Below are positions 24,461 through 32,000 of a DNA stretch of 32,000 nucleotides, in pieces. The notes beneath the pieces were generated by a model that worked only from the letters and a program-made list of their open reading frames with translations, was not told where the DNA came from and did not search any database. The DNA lies in NCBI RefSeq assembly GCF_007748075.1, contig NZ_CP036280.1:510001-542000 (forward strand). The letters are read 5' to 3'. The position numbers were made by a program, and so were the translations under genes. The stretch is from Mucisphaera calidilacus. GTDB taxonomy: Bacteria > Planctomycetota > Phycisphaerae > Phycisphaerales > Phycisphaeraceae. Position 1 is the first letter of the stretch. Each line of letters starts with the position of its first letter.

Positions 24461-24566
24461 GCCCGAAACACAACGGCCTGGGCGGATCAACCGCCACCCA
24501 CCGACCAGAGACCCACGCCCAGACCACACATCCATCGACGCATCACACGCTCCTGCTTGACTCACC

Positions 24567-25613
24567 TCAGAACCGATGCGCCGCCGCATGCCAGCCGGCA
24601 CGGTAGAACGGCACCACGTGCTCGCCGGGCGGCACCAACGCGTCAACACCCGCCAGATCATCGTCCGTCAGCGACACCGACATCGCAGCAAGATTGTCCT
24701 CCAACTGTTCCATCGTCCGCGGGCCGATGATCGGCGACGTCACGCCCGGACGATCGCGACACCACGCCAAAGCGAACTGCGACAGCGTGCAACCACGCGC
24801 ATCGGCCAGCTTCTGCACTCCCTCCACCACGTCGTAGGCCGCATCCACCTCCAGAATCCCGTCACGCGGATGACCACGCCCGAAACGCGAATCGCCCGGA
24901 ACCTCGCCCCGGCGGTACTTGCCCGTCAGAAAACCACCCGCCAGCGGCGACCACGGGATCACCCCCAGCCCATACGTCTCGCACGCGGGCAGCAACTCGT
25001 TCTCGATCCGACGGTCCAGGATGTGGTAAGGCGGCTGCTCCGTCACAAAACGATTCAGGCCATGCCGCTCCGACGCCCAAAGCGACTCCACCAACTGGTA
25101 CGCCGCGAACGTCGAGCAACCGATGTAACGCACCTTCCCCGAACGCACCAGGTCATCCAACGCACGAAGCGTCTCGTCAATCGCGCACTCCGGATGCGGC
25201 CGATGGATCTGATAAAGATCCAGATAGTCCGTCTGCAGACGCCGCAGCGACGCCTCGCACTGCTCCATGATCTGACGACGCGAATTGCCCCAGCCGTTCG
25301 GGTTCAGCCGAGCCTGAAGCGACGTCGCCGAAAAACCCTCCGGCGCGTCCGTCTTGTGCATGTTCCCGTGGCACTTGCTCGCCAGCACCACAAAGTCGCG
25401 GTGACCGTTGCGCTTCAACGCCTCACCCACCACCACCTCGCTACGGCCCGTCGAATAAACATTCGCCGTGTCCAGAAAATTGATCCCCGCCTCGATCGCA
25501 CGATCGATGATCGCGTAACTCGCCTCAGGCTCCGTCCGGTGACCGAACATCATGCAGCCAAGCGTCAGAGGCGAAACCCGAATGCCCGTCCGGCCCAGAT
25601 AACGGTATTCCAT
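24567..25613 (-). CDS. aldo/keto reductase
   Basis: MEYRYLGRTGIRVSPLTLGCMMFG, FLDTANVYSTGRSE, LASKC and LYQIHRPHP. SD AAGGAG lies 7 nt upstream of the ATG. Confidence 0.9.
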   Translation of the reverse strand: MEYRYLGRTGIRVSPLTLGCMMFGHRTEPEASYAIIDRAIEAGINFLDTANVYSTGRSEVVVGEALKRNGHRDFVVLASKCHGNMHKTDAPEGFSATSLQARLNPNGWGNSRRQIMEQCEASLRRLQTDYLDLYQIHRPHPECAIDETLRALDDLVRSGKVRYIGCSTFAAYQLVESLWASERHGLNRFVTEQPPYHILDRRIENELLPACETYGLGVIPWSPLAGGFLTGKYRRGEVPGDSRFGRGHPRDGILEVDAAYDVVEGVQKLADARGCTLSQFALAWCRDRPGVTSPIIGPRTMEQLEDNLAAMSVSLTDDDLAGVDALVPPGEHVVPFYRAGWHAAAHRF

Positions 25614-25624
25614 CGCGATGCTCC

Positions 25625-26131
25625 TTAAGCAGAATCCTGATCCCCCACCATAGCAAGCCGCTCATAGACCTCACGCACGAATCCCCACGCCAGCTTGCGG
25701 TTCCCGTTGTGATCCATCAGGCCCTTGCGATTGAACAGGTTCTGGTACGTCTGGTTGAACCGACGCGGACACAGAAAATCCGCAAGAATCCACGGGCTCG
25801 CGCCCCGGATCACCGCGCGGTTCTTCTCGATCATCGCGAACTGCGCCCGGTAAACGTCCAGCTGAAACTCCTCGCTGAACCGACGACGCTCCGCATCCCG
25901 GAAACCCGCCTTCGCGCCCGCCCCGAACTCCGAGATCACCACCGGCTTCTCGAACGTCGTCCGCCACGTCGTGCTCAGACAATCCTCCGCCGACTTGTAA
26001 TACCAACCGACGTACTCGTTCACCGCCACCACATCCAGCAACGCACACAACGGATCCTCGATCCGCATCACCGAACCCGACGCCTGCTCCACCGTCGGGT
26101 CCGCGTCCTCGCCCGTCGCAAACACCGCCGC
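25625..26131 (-). pseudogene. 3' half of a GH2 (beta-glucuronidase/beta-galactosidase-type) gene, N-terminal ~2/3 missing
   Basis: DPLCALLDVVAVNEYVGWYY..KPVVISEFGAGA..FSEEFQ..ASPWILADF..FNRKGLMDHNGNRKLA aligns by eye with the C-terminal part of the GusA TIM barrel, including the nucleophile block (ITEYG). The acid/base region, Ig and sugar-binding domains are absent. The first ~48 tracked codons look non-homologous. Confidence 0.7.
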
Positions 26132-26132
26132 C

Positions 26133-27071
26133 TTCACCAAGCAGCTCCACACCTGGTGGCCCGGCACCCAGGAACTCGTCGCACGACAGACCGCCGAACC
26201 CGGCAAGGGACTCGTCCTCGCCGCCAAGGCCGCCAACAACCACCAGAGCCACAACCAGAGCGATGTCGGACAGTTCATGGTCTATTTCAACGGCCACCCC
26301 GCCATCGTCGACGTCGGCCGCGGCGAGTACAACCGCAAGGTCTTCAGCGACGACCGCTACGACGTCTGGTGGGTCCGTGGCCGCAACCACAACGCACCCG
26401 TCATCAACGGACGCGAGCAGATCAGCGGCAACGACGGCGGACTGCCCGAAGAGGTCGACCACTACTTCACCTCACGCGAAGTCGACTGCGCCAACACCCA
26501 AACCCACAGCCGACTCGCGATGGAACTCCGCGATATCTACGGGCCCGACACCGGCATCCAACGCGTCGACCGCGTCTGCACCCTCGACCGCGCCGCCGGC
26601 CAGATCACCGTCGCCGACGCCATCCGCCTCGACAGCGGACCCGTCGAGGCCGTGCTTACGCTCTACAGCGACGTCGACTGCGAGCAACTCGAACCCGGCC
26701 TGATCCGCATGCACTGCGGCGACACCCCGCTGCTCATGAAGGTCGAAGCCGACAACCCCAAGGCCGAACTCGAGACCGTCGCCATGGACGAGGAGGAGCT
26801 CATCCACTCCTGGGGCGACCGCCTCACGCGGATCACACTCACCCTCACCGCCGACAGCCCGGAGCTCGACTACACCCTCACCTTCAGCCCCGAAGAAGCC
26901 GCCGCAACGCCGCCCGGCACCCAACCGGTACTTTGTTTCACCCCGAAACCGGGCTCAGGCCCCGGCGCGCACGAACGCGGCGCATACCCGGCCCGTGCGT
27001 GTCACTTTGTGCGCGAAAACGGACCATTTCCGCCCAAAACCGACTCGTTCTCGCCCGTTAACATCGTTTAA
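26133..27071 (+). pseudogene. C-terminal part of a heparinase II/III-like protein, N-terminal half missing
   Basis: The frame is open from 26001. From ~26133 it reads ..HTWWPGTQELVARQTAEPGKGLVLAAKAANNHQSHNQSDVGQFMVYFNGHPAIVDVGRGEYNRKVFSDDRYDVWWVRGRNHNAPVINGREQ. This matches the family pattern (aaKgGhN.eSHnHnDvGsF..dG.p..iD.G..Y..tFs..RY..W....HN.p.inG..Q). No alginate-lyase-like N-terminal toroid precedes it. Confidence 0.65.
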
Positions 27072-27141
27072 CAGCCAGTTATCAGTGTTAACTCGACCGT
27101 TTTGGAGCGCTCATTTCTGCAAAGTGGTCACGTTGTGCGCG
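27001..27141. repeat. 15-nt direct repeat GTCAC(T/G)TTGTGCGCG (27001-15, 27127-41) bracketing a long imperfect inverted repeat
   Basis: CACTTTG (27003-09) pairs with CAAAGTG (27120-26). GCGC (27012-15) pairs with GCGC (27107-10). AAAACGG (27016-22) pairs with CCGTTTT (27097-103). The ~74-nt interior contains two GTTAAC sites. Confidence 0.4.
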
Positions 27142-27403
27142 CTTTGGCTCGATGAACGTGGATCAATGTGCGGTAATCTCGGGAAACCTGACCCCCAAGG
27201 GCTAGTGGTATCTACTTATCCGGACAAAAAAGTCGGGAATCATATTTGCCTTGGGTTCAGCCTCAATTTCTCCCTGTTGATGAGTGAAGTACCACATAGC
27301 ACCCATCGCGGTGCTCGCGGTCTCCGGTGCGTCGGCAGGGATGAGACGCCGTAAATATCACATAAGCACTGCTTTATGACGTGCTTGCAAAGGAGAAGAC
27401 TCG

Positions 27404-28420
27404 ATGAAGAACGTCCTGCTGTTCCTGACCGTCCTGCTGGCTCTGACCCTCACCGCGACCTCGGCGATGGCCAAGGGCAAGGTCCTTGTCGTCCAGAGCT
27501 ACCACGCCGGCTACGCTTGGGTCGATGACATTAACGCCGGCATCGACAAGGCTTTAGCCGGATCCGGCATCGAGAAGCAGGTCTTCTTTATGGACACCAA
27601 GCGTCGCAGCTCCGCCGACTGGAAGGTCGAATCGGGGCGTTAGGCACTGGCCAAGGTCGCTGCCTTCAAGCCCGACGTCGTCATCACCGCCGACGACAAC
27701 GCCCAGGCCTATTTCGCCAAGGAACTCGCGGGCAAGCCCGGCGCGCCGCAGGTCGTGTTCTGTGGTGTGAACGCTGAGGCGTCGAAGTACGGCTTCCCCG
27801 CCGACAACGTCACCGGGATTCTCGAGCGGCCCCACCTCGGGCAGGCGATCAACATGTTCCGCAAGATCAACCCCGGCGCCCGCTCCATCGCGATCCTGGG
27901 CGACGACAGCCCGACGATGGACGCGACCATCGCCTACTGCAAGACCCAGAAGACCCCGCTGCCGGTGACGGCGTTCGACCAGCCGAGCGACTTCGACGCG
28001 TGGAAGGCGACCGTCGCGAGCTACAAGGGCAAGGTCGATGCGATCGTGATGCAGAACTACCACACGGTGAAGCGATCCGCGGGCGGTGAGGAGAACATGG
28101 AACCGGCCGACGTGATGCGCTGGACCACCGAGAACGCGGGGATCCCGGTCATCGGGCTGATGACCTTCAACCTGGAGCTGGGATCGCTGTGCGGCATCGC
28201 GGAGTACGGCAGCGAGCACGGCTTCATGGCGGCTTCGATCGCCCGCGAGATGATCCAGAAGGGCAAGACCGCGCGGGATTACCCGATCACGAAGGCCAAG
28301 GAGGGCATCGTGATGCTCAATCTCCGGCAGGCCGAGTATCTCAGGATCCGCGTTCCCTACGCCCTGATCAAGACCGCCAAGTTGATCGTGAAGCCTGAAC
28401 GCCAGGCCAGCGCTCGCTGA
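27404..28420 (+). pseudogene. periplasmic substrate-binding protein (ABC_sub_bind/BMP-like fold) interrupted by one in-frame TAG
   Basis: SD AAGGAG precedes the ATG at 27404. Signal peptide MKNVLLFLTVLLALTLTATSAMA. ORFs 27404..27643 and 27755..28420 are in the same frame. The only interruption is TAG at 27641-27643 (..DWKVESGR*ALAKVAAFKPDVVITADDNAQ..), and homology-like sequence continues straight across it. Confidence 0.7.
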
Positions 28421-28554
28421 CCCACTGCACGTAACCACGGCGGCCGTCTGATGCAAGCGTCGGGCGGCCGCTTTGACCGCTGAATGATGTGTAACCCCTG
28501 ATGCGGCCCGGCCGGCGACGAGGTGAGACCGGACAGGCCAGAAGGAAGCAGACG

Positions 28555-29999
28555 ATGTCGCTGAATGTATTTTCCAGAATGGGTATCCGAAGCAAGCTGG
28601 CGTTGCCGATCGTCGGCCTGATCATCATCGGGATGGCCACGGTGGTCGTGATGTCGTACCGCGGCTCGTCGCGTGCGATCAAGGCGGCGGTGGACGAGGT
28701 CCTGCTGCGTGACGTCTCGATCACGATGAAGCAGGTGGATCACTGGCTGGAGGGCCGCAAGAAGGACTTTGCCTACTGGACGCTCGACCCGATGTTCAGC
28801 GAGGCGGTGGGCGACGGTTTCCTGGCCGAGTCGGCACGCGACGAGGTGTGTGCGACGCTCTCGCGGATCAAGGAGGAGTACAGCCACTTCGCGGTGCTGA
28901 TCCTGACCGATCTCGAGGGCAACGCGGTCGGCGCTTCGGACGCTGAGACGGTGGCGGAGTCATCGGTGGTCGGGAAGAAGAACTACAAGGACCGCGGCTA
29001 CTTCCAGCGGTGTTTGAAGGGCGAGACGGTCTACTCGGACGTGCTCGTGAGCAAGTCAACGGGCAAGCAGGTGGTCGCGTTGGCGGCGCCGGTGCTGGCC
29101 GAGGGGCAGCAGGTTGGCGTGCTGATCGGCTCGATCCCGATGGACGCGCTCAACGGCTACTTCGCGTTTGACCGCCCGATCGGCGAGAGCGGCTACGGCT
29201 ACCTGATGTCGCCTTCGGGCCTGATCATGATCCACCCCAACGCCGAGTACGTGATGCAGCTGGACCTGAGCCAGGAGGCGTTTGGCGGCGAGCTGCTCAG
29301 CGGCGGGACCGGGTTGTGCGCGTACACGCTCGGCGGCGTGCCCAAGCTCTCGGCGTTCGCGACCAGCGAGCAGACGGGCTGGGTGTTTGTCGAGGCAGCG
29401 CCCGAGGCTGAGCTGACGGCCGAGGCGCGGAGTGTCGGTTACCAGCAGGCGACGGTGGCCCTGATCGTGGTCGCGGCAGTGATTGTGGTCTCGTTCTTTG
29501 TCATCGCGCAGCTGACCGGCGCGATCCGCGGGATGGTCGATCGTCTGAAGGACATCGCCGAGGGCGAAGGCGACCTGACCCAGCGTGTGGACGATTCGCG
29601 TTCGGACGAGTTGGGCGAGCTGGGCCGGTGGTTAACACCTTCGTCGGCAAGACCCACGACATCGTGGCCGAGGTGGCCAAGATCACGGACGACGTGACCG
29701 GTTCGAGCCAGCGGATCGCGCGGGCCAGCCAGGAGGTCAACGAGCAGGTGCGTCAGCAGACCGAGCAGGTGGGTCAGATCAGCGTCGGCATCGACCAGAT
29801 GATCCAGTCGATCGCGGCGGCGGCCGAGGAGCAGTCGGCGGCGGTCGAGCAGGTCAGCCACAGCATCACCGAGGTCAACAAGTCGGCGCAGCAGGCGGCG
29901 GACGGCACGAATGAGACGGCGGCGATCGCGACGGATCTCGCGGATCGTGCCAGCACCCTCGCGACGCTGGTGCGCCAGTTCAAGGTGCGTGAGGACTGA
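28555..29999 (+). pseudogene. methyl-accepting chemotaxis protein (dCache-HAMP-truncated MA domain) with a 1-nt frameshift and missing signalling hairpin tip
   Basis: The ATG at 28555 is preceded by GAAGGAAG. It has a TM helix, a Cache-like periplasmic part (KKNYKDRGYFQ.., GYGYLMSPSGLIMIHP), a second TM helix and a HAMP domain (DRLKDIAEGEGDLTQRVDDSRSDELGELGRW). The frame breaks at ~29632 (tgg tt- aac, expected W-F-N-T-F). The +1 frame continues NTFVGK..IAAAAEEQSAAVEQVS..LVRQFKV. The QTNLLALNAAIEAARAGE-type tip is absent. Confidence 0.75.
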
Positions 30000-30040
30000 T
30001 CGACCCCGTGGGTTTCACGCTCGCGTGTGCAGAATCTCAA

Positions 30041-30073
30041 GGCCGTGACGTCGCTTGTCGTCACGGCCTTTTT
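30041..30073 (+). terminator. rho-independent terminator after the chemoreceptor gene (between convergent genes)
   Basis: GGCCGTGACG-tcgcttgt-CGTCACGGCC is a perfect 10-bp stem, followed by TTTTT. Confidence 0.75.
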
Positions 30074-30080
30074 CGTGGGC

Positions 30081-32000
30081 CTATTCCTGCCAGGTCGTGG
30101 GGAAGTAGGGGTGCAGCTCCGCGGGCTTGTCCTCGGTGAGGTCGATGACGACGCTGCTCTGCTGGTTGCCCGGGATCTCGATGGTGAGCCAGCCCTTGTT
30201 CTCGTCGTAGGCCCAGTCGCTGATGGCGGCGTCGTTGACGGCGACGCCGTCGGGCCGCCTCTGGGTATACAGCCTGAGCGTGCACGGCTCGTGCTCGACG
30301 TTGTTCATGACGAGGCTGACCTTGAGCGTGTCGGGGTCGAAGCTCCCCGAGACGTACTCGGCGGGTGCCCACTCGGCGATGAAGAGCGGGTTGTCGGCGC
30401 TCACGATCAGGGCGAGGTTGTGCGGCGCCATCAGGGACCGCCAGGCGTCACTCCGGGAGTTCTTTCGTTCGGTCTTCAGGGCGGTGGCGAGGATCTCCTC
30501 GCGTGGCCACTCGACCATCACGCGTGCCATGGAGTTGCCGGTGCCCAGCTCGAAGTTGTCGACGGTCGGCTCGTAGGACCTGAGCTCGCGCTGGTACTCG
30601 TCGAGTCGGTCGAAGGCGAACTGCTTGTACATGAGCATGAACTCGGTGGAGGTGCCCTTCGAGGTGTCGTGGTGACGCGAGTTGTGGCTGAGGGTGCGTC
30701 GGGCGTCGGGATCGACGGCGGTGTCGTAGCCCTGCACGCGTGTGTCGGAGAGGGTGGCGTGCCATCGCCACTGCCGCCAGGGATCGCCTTGCTCGGTGAT
30801 CGACTCGAGGTAGTCCTTCATGAACCATCGTGCGACGGTGGGCTGGATGGTCTTGCCGGCGAGGTAGAGGGCGTGTCGCTCGGCGTGCTTGTCGCCGACA
30901 CCCGCGGCGAGTCTGGAATGGGCGAGGTGCCCGGGGTACTGGGCGTTGATGCAGTCGTGGCCGAGGTTGAAGTATTCCTCGAGGTTGGAGGCGGCCATGC
31001 CGGCCCAGTCGTGCTCGATGCTGTTGTACTGCGAATGCCACTGGATCATGTTCCAGTTGGATTTGGTGGTGGTCCAGTCGCCGTAGTACCGGGTGTACAT
31101 CTCCCAGCAGTAGGCGATGACGGTCCACGACTCGTCCTGATCGACGTAGTAGCGTCGGCCGTTGTTCCAGTTGGTGGGCCAGATGAAGTTGATGGGGTAG
31201 TCGAGGAGGGTGATGGGCTCGCGTCGGTGATGGATGATCGAGCGGTGGGGGTAGAAGTTGAGGATGTCGCGGTAGACCTTGCGGTGGTGGTCGTCGGCGA
31301 CCTGCCTGGCCTCGGGGCCGTACACGGGTCGGCCGGCGACAGCGGGGAAGCAGAACCAGAGCTTGTAGAGGTCGGAGTGCCATGCCTCGAACATGGGGAC
31401 GTAGGCGGAGGGGAGGTAGTCGTTGAGGTCGCCCATCGGGTTGGAGCTGGGCCTGTCGGGCCGGTTGATGAAGCCGTTGGCGGTCCATTCCTGCTTGAGC
31501 GGGTGGATGAGGCGGTTGTCGATGTGCTCGTAGAAGGGGTCGTCGCGTTCGACGCGGATGGGGCCGAAGTGATCGCGTGCGGGGAGTCGCAGGCGGTAGG
31601 TGATGCGGTCGCCCTCGGCGGCGAGGAGCGGTCCCCAGATGGTGGGCGTCTTGAGGTCGATCAGCGGCTGCTCGGCGCTGTTGGGCACGCCGTTGTGCAT
31701 GTTGAGGGCCGCGAAGGGGGGCATCATGGCGACCTTGAGGGGTGTGAGCCTCCAGTCGTTGCCGAGGGTGCGGTAGGTGTATCGGTTGGCGATGACGAGG
31801 TCTTCGTCCTCGAACCAGAACATCTCGTCGGTGTCGACGGGGAAGGCGAGGGCGAGGCGTGCGCTGCGGTCGGCCTGGTCCTGCCACTGCTCGGGGAGGT
31901 CGTTGATGAGCCGGCCGGTCTGGCCCGGCGCGAAGTGTCGTACGCCGAAGAGCGTGCCGATGGCCAGGGCGTCGGCGCCGCCCCGACGGTTGAAGGCGAG
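30081..32000 (-). CDS. large uncharacterised protein, C-terminal >=639 aa (5' end outside window)
   Basis: Stop TAG at 30081-30083. The frame stays open past the tracked ATG at 31823 to the window edge (..DLPEQWQDQADRSARLALAFPVDTDEMFWFEDED..). The sequence is aromatic-rich and non-repetitive (WNNGRRYYVDQDESWTVIAYCWEMYTRYYGDWTTTKSNWNMIQWHSQY). I recognise no family. Confidence 0.75.
   Translation of the reverse strand, partial: LAFNRRGGADALAIGTLFGVRHFAPGQTGRLINDLPEQWQDQADRSARLALAFPVDTDEMFWFEDEDLVIANRYTYRTLGNDWRLTPLKVAMMPPFAALNMHNGVPNSAEQPLIDLKTPTIWGPLLAAEGDRITYRLRLPARDHFGPIRVERDDPFYEHIDNRLIHPLKQEWTANGFINRPDRPSSNPMGDLNDYLPSAYVPMFEAWHSDLYKLWFCFPAVAGRPVYGPEARQVADDHHRKVYRDILNFYPHRSIIHHRREPITLLDYPINFIWPTNWNNGRRYYVDQDESWTVIAYCWEMYTRYYGDWTTTKSNWNMIQWHSQYNSIEHDWAGMAASNLEEYFNLGHDCINAQYPGHLAHSRLAAGVGDKHAERHALYLAGKTIQPTVARWFMKDYLESITEQGDPWRQWRWHATLSDTRVQGYDTAVDPDARRTLSHNSRHHDTSKGTSTEFMLMYKQFAFDRLDEYQRELRSYEPTVDNFELGTGNSMARVMVEWPREEILATALKTERKNSRSDAWRSLMAPHNLALIVSADNPLFIAEWAPAEYVSGSFDPDTLKVSLVMNNVEHEPCTLRLYTQRRPDGVAVNDAAISDWAYDENKGWLTIEIPGNQQSSVVIDLTEDKPAELHPYFPTTWQE

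Noticed and set aside
24461-24566. Possible terminator hairpin GGCGG-atcaa-CCGCC between the convergent methyltransferase and reductase genes
   Set aside because: It has only a 5-bp stem and no T-run on either strand, which is too weak to call.
24576-27061. Plus-strand ORFs 24576..25628 and 25709..27061, and minus-strand ORF 25671..26462
   Set aside because: These are biased low-complexity translations. They lie opposite or out of frame with the aldo/keto reductase, the GH2 fragment and the heparinase-like fragment.
27554-28456. Minus-strand ORF of 300 aa
   Set aside because: It is antisense to the binding-protein gene. It has no start context and its composition is Arg/Leu/His/Asp-biased.
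30448-31887. Minus-strand ORF of 479 aa in another frame of the large unknown gene
   Set aside because: It is a Pro/Arg/His-rich shadow frame. The 30081..32000 frame has normal composition and continues to the window edge.
1-32000. CRISPR arrays, rRNA/tRNA genes, IS transposases, and toxin-antitoxin or known defence-system genes
   Set aside because: I saw no regularly spaced direct repeats, no rRNA or tRNA signatures, and no transposase, nuclease, ATPase or helicase-type motifs in any supported ORF. The only mobile-element trace is the integrase remnant at 14.5-14.8 kb.

Overview
This is a high-GC bacterial chromosomal segment. By eye it is well above 60% GC, except for a ~1.1 kb low-GC islet at ~13.8-14.9 kb and the 27.07-27.40 kb spacer. 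A planctomycete-type pseudopilin (GFTLIELLVV..), four PEP-CTERM proteins with dockerin-like repeats and many Gfo/Idh/MocA oxidoreductases suggest Planctomycetota, possibly Phycisphaerae-like; this is inference only. Most long ORFs in the six-frame track are Arg/His/Pro-rich shadow frames and were discarded.

Supported content, left to right:
- A translationally coupled operon of M42 peptidase, secreted cyanophycinase and YfcC transporter.
- A secreted glycan-degradation region. It holds a pseudopilin, two GH99-like hydrolases, an esterase, a PPC/dockerin protein and two paralogous small PEP-CTERM proteins of unknown fold, flanking a GntR/LacI-hybrid regulator.
- A low-GC islet with an integrase remnant and two orphan small ORFs.
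- A five-gene cluster of three Gfo/Idh/MocA oxidoreductases, a TIM-barrel protein and a nucleoside-hydrolase-like protein.
- An operon of a GT-C enzyme, a GT2 enzyme and two SAM methyltransferases.
- An aldo/keto reductase.
- A 4.4 kb stretch of decayed genes: 5'-truncated GH2 and heparinase II/III fragments fused head-to-head, a binding-protein gene with an in-frame TAG, and a frameshifted chemoreceptor lacking its signalling tip.
- A large uncharacterised protein running off the window.

No rRNA, tRNA, CRISPR array, intact mobile element or recognisable defence system was seen. The most novel-looking candidates are the duplicated module (unknown-domain PEP-CTERM protein plus GH99-like enzyme) with its conserved palindromic upstream element, and the cyanophycin-scavenging operon that uses an M42 peptidase. 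Everything rests on reading the sequence by eye; no searches were run.
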